A stretch of DNA of 64,000 nt from assembly GCA_051362555.1 (NCBI GenBank), contig CM120645.1, positions 21,266,001 through 21,330,000 of the forward strand, read 5' to 3'. This DNA is from Lingula anatina (lineage: Eukaryota > Animalia > Brachiopoda). Each line of letters begins with the position of its first letter. The first letter of the stretch is position 1. The position numbers and the translations under genes are program-made. The notes beneath the pieces are model-generated. The model saw only the letters and a list, made by a program, of their open reading frames with translations, was not told the origin of the DNA and did not search any database. Of this stretch, positions 25,954 to 40,900 are shown one piece after another.

Positions 25954-28900
25954 CACATGATACAAATCTGTTAGGTAATTAATGTCTATATCTGATCATT
26001 TTGGGGAAATCCAAGATGGCTTTCTTTTCCCCATAGGAAAACTGTTGCATTGAATTTTATAGGCACTTCTAAGGCAAATGAGGGTAATCATGTCATTTTG
26101 TCAAAATACTTAAGGATACACACTTGTTACCCACCAGATAGATGTCTCAAAGTCCAAAAAGAATGTGGGAAATACCGAGAAACAAAATTAATTTTATATT
26201 GAACCCAATGTCTCTCTGGCAGTAGTTGATTGTGCTACTCCTATTGTGAATTGCAGCAATCTTGAATTTTCTCAAATATGCAAGATACACCCCTTCTACT
26301 CATCAGATTTATATAGAGTAGGGTTAATAAGGATGTGAACATGTCTGAATATCAAACAGCTTTATTTCATGTTGGAATCAATCTCTGAACTGTTCCATGA
26401 ATTGACACCTATGTGCATTTGAAATATATATTTCTATGACAACTGGCAGCTATCTTGGGTTTTCTCCGAATAGTACTCAAGGATACATACACTTTCTACA
26501 CACAGTGAGTCTTTCATAAGGATAAATAGGATATGAAAAACATTTTAAAACGATCTAAAGTTAACTACATTTAAATTGTACTCAATGTATCTCTGGAATT
26601 ATTTGATTATGTGTACGAATATTTTAATGACAAAAGGCAGACATCTTGAATTTTTTTCAGAATACCCAAAGATACACACATGCTACAGACCAGGTATACA
26701 TCATAGGGGTAATTATAAATGGAGTGAAAAACATAAATTATTTTTAAAACAAACCCATGGTTATGTAATTGTATAATGAACCATATGCTTCTCTAGCAGC
26801 AATTGAAACCCACCCTTTAGTATTCCTATGCCAAATTGTAGCTTTCTTGGATTTTCTCAGAATATCCAAGGATGCACACTATTTACTCACCAGATATTTA
26901 TCAAAGGACTAATACTGATGGGCAAAACTTGATAAGCAAACACAATTTCACCCTGGTAGTAGATGAAAAACCATGGATGTGCAGTTGTAATTCCAGTAGT
27001 ATTCCTATGACCAGTGACGGCCATCTTGGATTTTCTCAAAATGATCAAATATGCTCATTTATTACCTGCTAGATATGTATCACAGTGTAATAATAATGTG
27101 TAAAACACTGAAAAAATAAACTGAATTTGATAGCGAATTATGTTTTTCCTAGCTGGCATTAGTTCCAACCCTTTGTAATACTAGAAGTATTCCTATGACA
27201 TATGGCGGCCATCTTGGATTTTCTCAAAATACCCAAGAATACATGTTAGTTACTCACCACATACATATTGTGTTGGTGGAAAGGATGTGGAAAACACTCA
27301 GAAATAAACTTAATTTGGTAGTGGAAAATTAATCTTTCCAGTTGTCATTAGTTGAATCCCCTGTATACTAGAATTCCTGTGGCACATGGCAGCCATCTTG
27401 GATTTTCCTAAATACCCAAGAACACTTCGTAGTTACTCACCACAAACATATTATGTGGGTAACAGAATTAATTTTATAGTGGACAACGTATCTTTCTAGC
27501 TGGTATTAGTTGTGCACTAGTATTCCTATGGCTGTTTCTATGGCATATGACAGCCATCTTGGATTTTTCAAAAGTCCAAGGGAACTTATTTGCTATCTGA
27601 CATATATGAATAAAATGGGTAATAAGGGTGTGGAAAACTCTGAGAAAATAATTTATTTGATAAAAATCAACATAGGTATGTGCATATTTCTATAGAATCC
27701 ATAAATTGGCGGCCTTTTTGTATTTTTTGACCAAACGGTAAATTGTTAGAGAGGGCTACGGCTCTAATTTGATTTAGAATGTCAAAAGGTAGCTACATGC
27801 CAAATTTGGTCTTTTTATCCGCCGTGTCACGATTTTTTCCTTAAGCCACCGGACTATTGTAACGTCCTTGGCTGCCAAGCACGGCGGAATGAGTGCGATT
27901 CCCATGCTGTCCCGTTTTTTGGTCTTTTACGTTTTTTTTTTTCAATAATTATGAATATTATTATAAATATATTAGCATAAAATGATTGTTGATAATTAAT
28001 TTTTACCTGAAGGTAGGGTGAGGAGGTGGGTTTTTATTTTTATTGTTTTAACCGCATTTCGGTTGAAAATGCATGTCACAAACATATAAAAGATTACAAT
28101 TACCATGATAAAAAATTTACCATCATTTATAAATTACACCAAACGCTGTAAACTGTATTAGTGATGTTAAACACTTTAAAATAAATATAAATTGTTTGAT
28201 ATCGTGATAAGCTTTCATTGTCTAACATCCATATTGCAGTAGATGTGCCACTGTTTTGTGCAATTGTGCTATGATGCATCCCTTTATGCAGCCATCCAAC
28301 AAAAGTGAAGAGTCCAAAGACCAAATAGTGTATACTGATCTCGAATTATGGTTCAATGACTGATGTGACGGGTATCAGCTAGTAAAAGTGGTTTTTATGC
28401 ATTACTTTTATGCATTACGCGCTGCCTACATGTTAGGATAACCGCAAAATTAAACGCTGGTTTAAGAACTGAATAGACAGACAACTGGCTTAACATGACT
28501 TCACGAGGATTTAAACCCCTCGGGGAAGACAGGTGAATGGGTATGGACAGTTATCAGGAGTCATCTCACTGGTAGGTAATCAGGGGCGGATCCAGAAATA
28601 TTTCCTGACAGTCTTCCATATTATATTTGGTTATCCATTTTCCATTTTTGACCGTCTTCCGACAGAAAAAATTAGATACCCTTCAATGTAAACTAGAAAA
28701 TCTGACCGTCTTCCGGAAGACCCAGAAGACGGCCTAAATCCGCCCCTGGGTAATGGCAGCTTACTTAACAAGCTTGCTCTCTTCGGTGGCTTGTATGTCA
28801 CTGGACCACGTGACCACGTACTGTAGTAGCTCATTAAACCCCAGACATAGCGGAAAGGGCGTTTTTCTAAAGCTCAAAATTTAGTAAATGAGCTTCCAAT

Positions 28901-31900
28901 CTGTGCACTTTGATAAAATTTCAAATTAATTTGTCAGAAGATGCAAATCACATGCATCCTAAACTGTTATCAATGGTTTACTGCCGGAACATCGTGTTTT
29001 AACTACTTCCAGGAATGACGTCGGTGTAGCCAAGTAAGGAAGTGACGACGTTACATAAGCAAAGCTGGAAGTGACGTCGGTGTAAACGAGGCCGGAAGTG
29101 ACGTTTTCGTAGATGGTGTTTACTTACCTCACGTGGTCTGGAGAGTGTGGGTCCGTAAGTATCTGTCTTTTCAACATCTCAAGGCTAACGTGTCCACAGT
29201 GCTTCTAAATAAAATAAAATAAACGTCTTTAATGTCCTGTTTTTTGTGGTCTCAAAAGTTAGAATTGCCCCAGATCAATAAAGTCTTTGTGATAAAAAGC
29301 CAAGAATTTAATGTTTATTATCATATTCATCTCTAGGTAGATCACAACTATTTAGGTCACATGGCGATAGTATCACATAAAATATGAAAATCAAATAAAT
29401 ATCTCACATCATGTCCTACAAAGGGCAATTGTACACAAAAAAAAATGTGCAATACCAAAAATAAAATAACAACACTGTTATGCACCGAACTAATTCCCAA
29501 ATAACTGGAGCAGATGTGACAGGAATACTGGTCCTAGGAATTGAAGTCCGGGGTCCAATAGTACGTGTATATGATAAGTACAAACTGGAGAAGCCGGAAG
29601 TATCGAGAGCAGTACTCGATTTTAAGGCAAATGTCACCTGTTGTCAGGAACCACAGTATAGAAAAAGTACTAATTACGTCATGAACCACAGTATAGAAAA
29701 AGTGTATAATTAGTACTTTTTCTATACTGTGGTTCCTGACACTGTGTAATCTAATGGGAAATGGACAATAGCATTCAGCGGATTGGCATTCCTGTCACAG
29801 CATTATATGGATTCTTACTTGTGCTGCTGCAACAAAAATAAGTTCCTCCAACGATCTATTTATTCCGGGGAGCTTTCCCTCTTTACCGTGGTCTGCGACC
29901 CATAAGTCGTAACCCTGGTAATACAAAATGTCATGAATTTTAATACTGATGATAATTATTATAATTATTATAAAAAATAAAAATGAAAATAAATTGAGCA
30001 TTAAATGTGTTGTCATTGGAAGGATCTCTCAACAAATTTGCAACTTCAGTAAGAATTGCCAAAAACTTGCATTTCTTAATATAAAGGATAAAGTCACCCC
30101 TCACCCCAAACTCCCTATTTACTGCCTTACATGTATTCTTTTAGATAATAAATAAACTTCATTTACATTTACACACATTTCATGTTACGGGTGACGTCAT
30201 AATTGCGATTTTGGGGCAAAAACTGAAAAATAGGTTTCTCTTCTTGTTTTACACCACGGACTTCAGTATCATCTGCATGCAAATATCATTTTATTTCAGA
30301 CAACTATTTTGCAGAGGGCGTCCTTCTTATAAGACGTCTTAGTATAATAAGCTTGGAGACAGTACTCACCCCAAGTGTTGTGAATGTAATCTACTGTAGC
30401 GTTATCACGTTAGGACTCGTCAAAGTGTACTGTTACAGACTGTTTCGTCTAAGCATATCACTCGAAGTGGAAAGGTCTAAGATAATCCAGGCAAGATGGG
30501 CACAAAAAACTACGACCATAAACCGATTAGTATGCATTGGAGGTACGTACCTCCTTCACTAATTTCAAACCTCCAATATCTGCTAAATTTTCTGTCAGGG
30601 TTAACTTTCCATCCACCTACAAGGACCAAGAGAAAATAAATAAATAAATAAATAAACAAAAATTTATCTACAAATGAATCTAAATTAGAATCATTTTATT
30701 TCAATAATAATTGGATCTTGAATTCAGACAGGGTATTTTAATTTTACAAAATTGAAGACTACATACAGAAGAACATAAAGTTATTGTGTGTGGTGATGCA
30801 ACGTAATTATTTGGATTTTAGTATTTCCCATAAACAAATGGAATAGAAATTAAGGTATTCACAAATTTTATATGACATCTAATTATATATTGAGATATTA
30901 CTAAATTTGTTATAAAAATTATGTAAATCTGCGTTCACCAACCTGCATTCCGGACATTGTGTAAGTGGAATAGTAGTCAGTTACGCACGAAGCGTCTTTC
31001 TGAAATTGCGTCCAGGAGGCGTTTGACCACCAATTTTGCAACCTTCCATCTTTGTCATACCGCGATCCTTAAAACGATATAAATTAAATACAAAAATTAA
31101 TTGTAATAGATAAGTAAAAAAAAGCAAGTTTAAATTGAAATGCCCACCACTAGTGGGCTGGATTTGGTCTTAAATTGCACTTTAAGACCAAATCCAGCCC
31201 ACTAGTGCACTTAAGTCTTTTTCGCACCATGATCCTAAAACAGGATATAAAATATCTCAAAACATGATAACAAGTTAATAAAATACATGTATACAAATAA
31301 ATAAGCAGTTGACCGTCGCAAAGTTCTTAAATATGAAAAGTCCACTAAGTGTTTTTTGGCCTGCTGATTGTAACTCTAGTACGTTGATCCAAGGAAACTC
31401 AGATAGAAGTTCGTGGATGCCAGCACGTTAAAAATAATTAAAATAAAATTTGAGATTTGAAAGCTAATTGGAATCAAAATTTAGAGTTAAAACAAGAATT
31501 ACGATAATGTACACTACCATTGCTTAATAATACTGCAAGAGAGCAAACTAGTACAATGTAGTTCCAGTATGACAGGAATGGTAGTCCTAGGAATGGAAGT
31601 CCGGGGTCCCATATGATTAGTATGGGTAAGGATTAGTTGGGGTATTGGGATTAGTATATTGGACGAATGTAACCTGTGCAAAATAATGCCTTATGGGGAA
31701 CGGACTACCGTTCCCAGCGGATTCCAGTCCTGTTACACCGGCTGCTTTTTGAGAACTAATTTGGTCTTACGTGGAAACTTTCTTAATCTATTCTAACGCT
31801 ATTTCATGTAGCCTACATGTAGTGAGTGAACTTACCTCCGGTGTCGAAACCGTGCGTGATCTCGTGGCCTATCACGTGACCAATAGTGGCGTAGTTGGTA

Positions 31901-34900
31901 TACCTGGGGGTATGAAGAGACAAAGCAATCGTAACTCTATTACTCTTTACTTTAAAAGTTCTCCATTTCCAGGCTTTTAAATCCAGCACAGTTGTACCCT
32001 TATATTGTACATGCACTAGCAACTAGTCTTGCATTTTACCGGTCCCTTCGAGCTCTTTTAGAAACAAAGCTACCGGTACATAATACAATTATTATACAGC
32101 CCAGGTACGATTTTTTAAAAGTTTTGCTCATTGTCAACCGAGCAAGTTCAAGTAACGTTACGAATAAACGTACTTTGGAAACTGGCGATTAAAGAATGGC
32201 GGCTGCAAAATCCCGGCTAAGAATACTGAAATGTGAACATAATGAGATAAGAAACCAAGGCATCTTATGTGCTTGTTCTTGAAAATGAAGTGAATTTCTC
32301 AAGAATGGCAATAAAAAGTTTTCTGTTAACTGTTGCTTTCAATATATATGCTAACACTAAAGAGAACGTTACAATAAACATTGAGCGCGTTGTCATTAAC
32401 AGACATTTGAGTAACTTTACTAAGAGCAAGGTTTGTTTATACAGAATGTTTAAAAATGAAACTATCTTGTGAGATATTCAACATAGGTAACAGATTTTCT
32501 AGTCATCAAATCTCTCCCTCTCTCTCTGTTTGTGTGTGTGTATGAATGTGTCTGTGTGTGCGTGTGTATGTATGAGTGTGTGAGAGAGACATAATAAAAG
32601 ATGAAAACTAGTAGCCGAGGTAATAATAATAATAACGATAAGTAATTAAACGGTGTCTAAAGTCTTAACGTACTCCACACCAGGAATACATGCATCCGAT
32701 GATTTAAAAATTACCCGAGAATGGCACATGTTCGCCGCAGTGTCAGCTTGGCACCTTGGTCTTTTTAAATCTCATTTAAGGCACTCAGGGCATTCGATCT
32801 TTGTTTTACAAAGTAAAAAAAAACCTGGAAGCGTCACAGTTTCCCCTTAATCAGTACGATATATGTTATCTAAAACTACTCAGAAAATTACGAATTTCCA
32901 CATTAGAGATCTAAATTCCTTTATGAACAGCATGGCAATAAATCACGACATACTACGATAGGGCCTACATCTCCGTTACGAAGGCGAATATAGCATTCGC
33001 GTCCCTAGGAAAAGTGACTAGTGCATGCATCTTATGCCCCTATTTCACACAGACCACGAATCCAACGAATGGCCATGAATTGACAAATTTCACGATTCGC
33101 GGTTGAATCGTAATCAGTTCGTGAAGTTCTTAACAGATTCGTATATATTCGTAGTCAGTTCTTGCACTTCTTGACCAACAGGAATGGGTGGCAAAAACTT
33201 TGATGCCCCTATTTCACACAGACCACGAATCCCGCGAATCGCCAAGAATTGAAAATTTCAGGATTCGTGCTTGAATCGTAATCAATTCGTGAAGTTCTTA
33301 ACAGATTCGTATATAATCGTAGTAAGTTCTTGCAATTCTTGATCAATCGGGAATTCGTGGCAAAATTTTTGAGCTGTTCATAGTTTTGGCCACGAACTCC
33401 CGATTCCAAAAAATCGTAGTGAATTTCCTGACAATATTCGTGCGATTCCAGCCGAATCCCACGAATATTCGTAACACTATCGCACCTGTATCGTAACCGA
33501 ATCGTAGAGCGTGTCGAATTAGACCAAAAAATTGGCAAAATCTCACGATTCCAGTCGAATCCCACGAATATTCGTAATACTATCGTACCTGTATCGTAGA
33601 TGAATCGTGAGCGTGTCGAAATAGACCAGAAAATTGGCAAAATCTCACGAATCCTCACGAATCCTAAAATTTGTCAATTCCTGGCGATTCGTGGGATCCG
33701 TGGTCTGTGTGAAATAGGGGCCTTACCCATTTCGTTATTAGTCCTGTCGTAGAAAGCATTGACCTGATGAGGTGGGAACTTCCATCTGAAACGAAATACA
33801 GAACTACATGTCTATGGTAATGAATCTATTACATATAAAAAAATTAAATTGGAAAGAGATCGAGTGATTCGTAAATTTGTAAATTCGTAATATACAAGAA
33901 TTTGGAATGTCATCATCAGGATCGTGGCACTTGTTATAATATCATGCAGTTAACTACATGGTATATGCGTGCAAATACTAGATCTATGGCGCTGGCATAA
34001 GTGCCTGCCTTTACATTAACGATTGTTTACATTGTTGCTCGAAAATGTTGACGAAGAACATTGACAAAGTGTGTATATAAAATATATATACGGGGGCTAT
34101 CTTTATACATGGTGGAAAAGGCCATATATAAATGTGTATCTAAACGATTTAGCGTTACGAAAAACAGGTAGAACATGTATGACAAAAGACACATGAGGCT
34201 GCAGTTACAAAAGAAAACCTACAGCACAACTATATCATTACTCCATAATCTGCACTGTGCAACCTTCTTATTTAAACATATGCTAGATAAATATATTCAC
34301 AACAGTCAATACAAAAATATATACCACCTACTCTTTTTTATCAACTGGTTTGGCGAGTTTTTCCCGTAACCTCTGTCGCTCCCACTCAGCAACGTTTTGT
34401 ATGGTACTGAACAAACAATTCGAGCAGTTGATTTTCAGCTGGAAAAAAGAAAGGCTGGTGCACATAAACAAGACAATCGTTATTAAACATTTATCACCTT
34501 TCAAATCGCCAACAGCTGTAAAAGTCGAACAATTTTCAAAGCTTAATGGGGAATTGTTTTCACAATAACTGACACAAAACTGACCCAATCACTGTTTTAA
34601 CAGTCTTTTAATTATCATTAAAAAAAGTTATTTCATATCGATGGTAAATGGAATTCAAAGCGATTTATACTATTGAGATACTGTATATGTGTACCAGCTC
34701 CTTATCTGTCTTAAGCTGTCAAAGGACCATTCAGTGCATGCAACAGCGCAAATATGTCAGAATGATCGCACGTGAGCATGACTTACATTTTTGTATATGT
34801 CGTCCATGTGCGTATCGTTCAGCATGTAGTCTGGAAACCCAATCTTTTCATACTTCATGGCATCTAGCTGAAAATAAACGTTTTCGTTGTTTTATCATGC

Positions 34901-37900
34901 AGGATTTGTCTTCTGGGGGCTGCATCACAAAAAGTCTGATTTCTGGGCAAAGATCATCCTGCTAAAATTGCGATATTAGTCTGATAATCAAGAGCTACAT
35001 ACAAAGAAAAATTTATAATAGACCAATTGCTGAACGTGATTATTGTGTATGAATCTAATACAGTGTATGTTTGTGGACAAAAGCATACTAGTCTAGTGAG
35101 AGTTTTGAAAAAAGGCTCTGCATAAGAGGCAAGGGGCATTTTGGGGTAAAAGTTGGGAACTAGGCTTAATAGCATAATTTTGGGATGCTGAATCCGATTT
35201 ACCCGGTTCCCAAGCGAAATTTTGCGTTTTTAACGGTCTTATTTGCAAAAAAACAAAATGGCCGCCAGATTTCCTATTTTCTGCAATATCTCTGGAACTA
35301 GACAGGCAAATATTACAAATGAAGTGTCTTTACCTATATTTTCAGGGTCGAGGAACATTATTAAGATGTTTCTGTTAGAATTAGATTTACGCAATTTTCT
35401 AAAATATGCAAATTAGGATCGCCATTACTGAAAAACCGTTTTACTTCTGTATCTCTGTAACTAGGCAAGCAAACATGACAAATGAAGTGTCTACACCTAT
35501 GTTCTCAGGGTCAGGGAATGTGATAAATCAGATGTCTTGTCTGATGGGTAGCACTGACTTTGTGAATCATGTCTGAGTAGCACATTTTATTGTTTCTTCC
35601 CTGTATCTATCAAACACAAGTCAATCTGCTGATAGTTAGAACCTGCCTTCAGAACTGCTTTTACGTACGTGTCAGCCAAACTACCAAAGGTCACTGCATT
35701 GTCAGACCTTCCCAGTGAAATTGCCAGTGCTTGCCCATCAATTATAAGGCAAGATGAGCAGAGGCGGATCCAGGATTATTTGAAGGGGGAGTCCGCGGAT
35801 GCAAAGCCTCCCCCCCTCCCCATTTGGCAACGGGTTAGGGGCCTGTTGAAGGGCCACGAAAAATTTTGGTATTTAAGAGGGCGAACGGTGCCATTTGATA
35901 TGGTTTACAACTATGATTCAGCTGGTCAAAATTATAATTTCAAGGGGGGACCAGAATTCGAATGGGGGGTCAGGGCCCCCTTGACCCCCCCCCCCAAATC
36001 CGCCACTGGGTGAGGAGTCATTTAGTTTAATTTCATCAGGGCAGAATACGTCTTCTGTTAACCTTCCTGTTACAGATTTGGCCTCAAGGAAATCGTTTAG
36101 AAGCTTGAGAAACTGCCCAGACTTGCTATTAACACAGAAATGTTTTTCGTTTCGTCAATCATTTAATTGGATTCAATAGAATATCAGAAGATTAAAGCAA
36201 AAATTCAAGAAATTTTGTTAATTAAAATGAAACGATACCAATGGGTAACCAGTAATAAGCTAATGGAAAAATCGCTGAAATGAATGAGGTGAGATGTCAT
36301 AGTGTACTTGAAGTATACACATACATATTGACATTTAATATGGAATATTTTAGTTTAAAAGGAAAGTGTTGATAATAAATTAACATTTTAGAAAAATTGA
36401 TCACAAACGGCAATTGTGATCAGGTATATGTGTAGCCAGGTGTGTTGGTTATTGTTCATTAGGCTGCTTTCTCTGAAGCACGGTTATATTACGTAATATG
36501 TGGCAGTTTCTCTGAGCAGTCCTCTTTGGCTGGTTACAGAATGCGTATAAAAGGGCAGCAGTTATGCAGAATAAGTCTCTTTATTTCGGCAGCGTCCAGT
36601 CAGAAGAGTTTGATATGTTTCAGACTCTTAGCTGACCTTACGGTATGTGAACTAACGGCAGCGACTTGCCACACTATTGTTGCATTATGTCAGAATGGAC
36701 AGAAGCAAACTGCTATTGCCAGACAGCTGAATGTGTCTTAGGGAGCAGTTTCTAACGTCTTACAGAAACACGCCCAGACTGGTGCATTAACACAGACACC
36801 ACGGCCAGGACGTCCTTAAGTCACCACCAGAAGGGAATACCGCTTGCTTCTGCGGTTATGTCGTAACTACCGGATAAAGACAACTCTTGCTGTACAAAAT
36901 GAGTGGCAAATTACCATTCAAAAGCATGTTTCTAGAACTCTAGTGAATGCAAGGCTACTTTTAGCTGGTTAACTCTATGAACAGAGCAACATGGTGGGCT
37001 AGACGCCATTTGCGGTTCCAGGCACAGCACTGGGTTCATGTAGATTTTTACAGATGAGGCAGGGTTTGAATTCCACCACCGCGATGGCTGAATCAGAGTC
37101 AGTAGGTTTCCAGACGAGTTACTGCACGAGGATTGTGTCACACTACAGTGACTTGTGGCCGTGGCAGTATCTCTGTATGGGCCGGTTTCCACGCTGGAGC
37201 CAAAACAATATTGGTGGCAATTGACGGAAACTTCAACCAGATAAAATACAGGGACATTTTAGAGAGTACTTGCTGCAATTTGCAAGAAGGTACTTCCAGG
37301 ACAACTTCATCCTGCAAGATGACAATGCCCTACCAAACCATGCCCATGCAATAACTGCTTTTCTGCAAAACCAAGAAGTAAACCAGTTGCCTTGGCCGAC
37401 GAAATTCCCCTGACATGAATTATATAGAAAACCAGTGGGCATAAATCGCTAGCAGAATCAAGAGTTTACCCGTCCAGCCTACAAATCGGCACAAGCTTAT
37501 GCAATCTCTAACTAATTCGTGTAACACAATACTGGATCATACTCTCAGAAACCTCTCTGCATGGAATGAGGGTTCTGGTTGCAGCTAGAAGAGGCTGCAC
37601 GCGTTGTTATCAGTTTCCATTTTTCACACTTGTCTTGATGATTCTTTTGTGTGAGAGAAAATCCTTACCAACTGATATTCTTGATAATATCGAGTTCATA
37701 AGAATTTAATACCTCGTTGTTATCAGCTATAAAGTTATCCATGCGCTGTTTATAACGCTGATATGAATACTTATTTAAATTAAATTTTTGATGATGTATT
37801 CACACGGGTTGATTTATTAAAGCCATATCGAACACGATAACAAGTGTTTTTTTCATCCATTACTAATATATGGGAAAAAAAGAAAATATGTTTGAAAAAA

Positions 37901-40900
37901 CCCATTTTAAATGTGAGGTCTGTACATTGCATCACATGAATTACATGATTCGGCAAATCCCTCCATTGCATTAATAAGGTAATATTTTTTAAATCTAGGT
38001 AAAAGGGGCAGTTGTGTGATCCAATATGTTTACATCCCAATGGCAGCGCAGTATTTAATTGCAAAATTCAATTCAGATTCGAATAATTGCTACAGTGTGA
38101 CAGTGTAGCACTCATTGCTGATTTGATTATAGTGAAAATGTCTTAATCACTTTCCCTAATGCTAAAAACATGGGTGTGGGCACTTAATATGTCATGTTTG
38201 CTTGCCTAGTTAACGCAAAAGCAGTTCTGAAGGCAGATTCTAACTATCAGCAGATTGACTTGTGTTTGACAGATACAGGGAGGAAACAATAAAAGGTGCT
38301 ACTCGGACACGATTCACAAAGTCAGTGCTACCCAAAAGACAAGACATCTGATTTATCACATTCCCTGACCCTGATAACATAGCTGTAGACACTTCATTTG
38401 TCATGTTTGCTTGCCTAGTTACAGAGATACAGAAGTAAAATGGTTTTTCAATAATGGCGATCCTAATTTGCATATTTTGGAAAATTGAGTAAATCTAATT
38501 CTAACAGAAACATCTTAATAATGTTCCTCGACCCTGAAAATATAGGTAAAGACACTTCATTTGTAATATTTGCCTGTCTAGTTCCAGAGATATTGCAGAA
38601 AATAGGGAATCTGGCGGCCATTTTGTTTTTTTGCAAATAAGACCGTTAAAAACGCAAAATTTCGCTTGGGAACCGGGTAAATCGGATTCAGCATCCCAAA
38701 ATTATGCCAATAAGCCTGGTTCCCAACTTTTACCCAAAAATGCCCCTACCATTCATCTTTTGTGGAAATCCCACTAGACTATACTACCTTTTGCTGAGCA
38801 GCTTGCCTGGTTGTTTCGTCCATGAATTGGACACTGTCTATGCGCTTCTTGAAGGCTCTCTTCATGTATTCTATCATATCAATGACCTATGAAAGTATTC
38901 TTCATATTTTACAAAAAAATATTTATTGATAAATATAAATCATAAATGACGTTATGACGTCAAATATTGCTGCCCAATATAATCGATAAAGTCAATATTT
39001 ACTTTATTCTGTCGTATTCATTAGAGGAAGCCACTTTAGAAAACAAATTAACCACGAAAGACAGATCAAAGAAATTTGAAAAGAAAAAGGAAATTTAAAA
39101 AAATATTAAAGGGGGCGTTATATCTTAAGAATAGTAGTATAAGTGTGGCACTGCTTATCTTACGGACCTCTTGTTTACTCTCTATTGAAAAATGCTCCCG
39201 AACAAATATGGCGGAAACGGCTTTCCACATTTGCTTGCCGACGACATTTTGGCATTGTTCCCATAGCTCCTTAGGTTTTTCCAGACCTACAAACATCAAT
39301 CAAATCATAGAAAAATAACTGATATCAGATCACACTGATAGGAAATTTTGATCAACTGGACTTTTCATCAGCATCTGTCTGTCTGCCTTTTCAACAGGCA
39401 CGTATTGAATCAACAAGTTGATTAATTTGAGACTGAAAAGATAAAACCAAGTAATATTTCTTTTTGTCTTTCTGAAAGCTGGTTACTTGGTTACGATATA
39501 TTCAACCGTGACCAAAGATTAAAATATTTTGGGCCAACAAAAATTTATCCGTGAGTAAAATATATAAAAAACGCTACAAGAGGAAGCTATTAAGCACAGC
39601 CACTTTTTAAGATGAAATTACAGAACTTTAACGTTCACGTTTAAATCTATATTGATCTACTTTCTATCAAATCTTTCTTTTTAAAGGTAAAACATCTTAT
39701 TTTATTTGGAAATTAATCAACGGTTAGAGATAAGCGGAAATATAAAGACCTGAGACAACGACCGTGTATTCATCAACTGCCGTGCGGAATTCTTCCGATA
39801 AGAAGCGTGCGGTCTTTTGAAGTAGCGACCATATCGCATACTGGTTGAGAACACTGGAATGTGAGCATTTTAATGCTTAAAAGCATAAATATTAAAATGT
39901 AAATACTTAATTAGATGGGACTTTATTAGATGTATTTAAATTAACATGAAAATTCATATTAAAAGCGGTTCTTGGGGAAGTATATACGTTTTATATATTA
40001 ACGACATGGCGCTTGTCTGGTGTAAACTAGGCTATTCCTGAAATTGATCACCTCTTTTCTGTATTATCTATTAACGCTGATACGTTCTTCATGTAATCCT
40101 TGTTAAAAACAAGAAGCGTGGTTGTGTTGGACGGATCATCTTTCCAGGTGGAGAGCAGGAGTGTCCAATTGACCTGAAAGATAAGATGAAACGTTACACA
40201 GGTCAGCATGAAAATAATAATAATAATAATATACGATAACGAAGATGAAACTGGACTGAAGTAGATTGTAATCTGGCCTGTGACAGAAACATGGAATCTA
40301 CCTATATTTATATCTGTTTAAAACAGGAAGGTACCCTAAGTTTGTGATCCTTGTGTGCCAGATTGTGGGAATTTTGAAGTAAAGAACCTGTCCCATCTCG
40401 CGTCTGGAAGTCGGGGTAATATGGCAGTAGAATTTCAAGTAAACTAGAACAGACTCAAGAGTACCCTGCAGTAGCGTGATCTAAAGCCGGCAAAATATAA
40501 AAGATTTGATGAATTATATATAAATGTTAATCTCACCGAGGGTGTCAGCTCTGTCAGCTCTTCTACAGTGACTTTATTATAGGTGAGCACAGGGTTTCTT
40601 ACTTCGTCGGCACCGCTGTCAAAAGATATCTGTAACGATAGACGCATGACATAAATATCACATCATAATAAGTATTTATAGATAATAAATCAATTATCGT
40701 TTGCCCATATGCGACATAGAAATTATTATGTCGGTCAATACAAAGCAAATACTAGGTTATGACATGCACATATTGATCAATGTGATTTAGTTCTTTCGGA
40801 AATTATTGTCAGTAAAATCTGTTCCGTGACAATGAAAAGTATGTGAATTCATTTGAGAACGAAAACAAAACCATTAATATATATGATTTAAATTGGAGCT

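Larger units (their letters stand above)
35089..38781. mobile_element. Academ-like TIR element in intron 9 of neprilysin A, carrying a Tc1 relic and a MITE
   Basis: TAGTCTAGTG / CACTAGACTA termini; TSD TAC; near-identical inverted arms of about 530 bp (35133-35660 vs 38215-38745); absent from the equivalent intron of copy B. Confidence 0.85.

Noticed and set aside
25036-27695. Several 60-160 aa ORFs within the Academ-like element
   Set aside because: No transposase motifs are recognisable; they lie in TIR and subrepeat DNA.
9730-29120. A single giant transposon delivering the nested gene
   Set aside because: I found no matching TIR or TSD pair near the two intron ends, and intron homology with copy B is too weak to define breakpoints.
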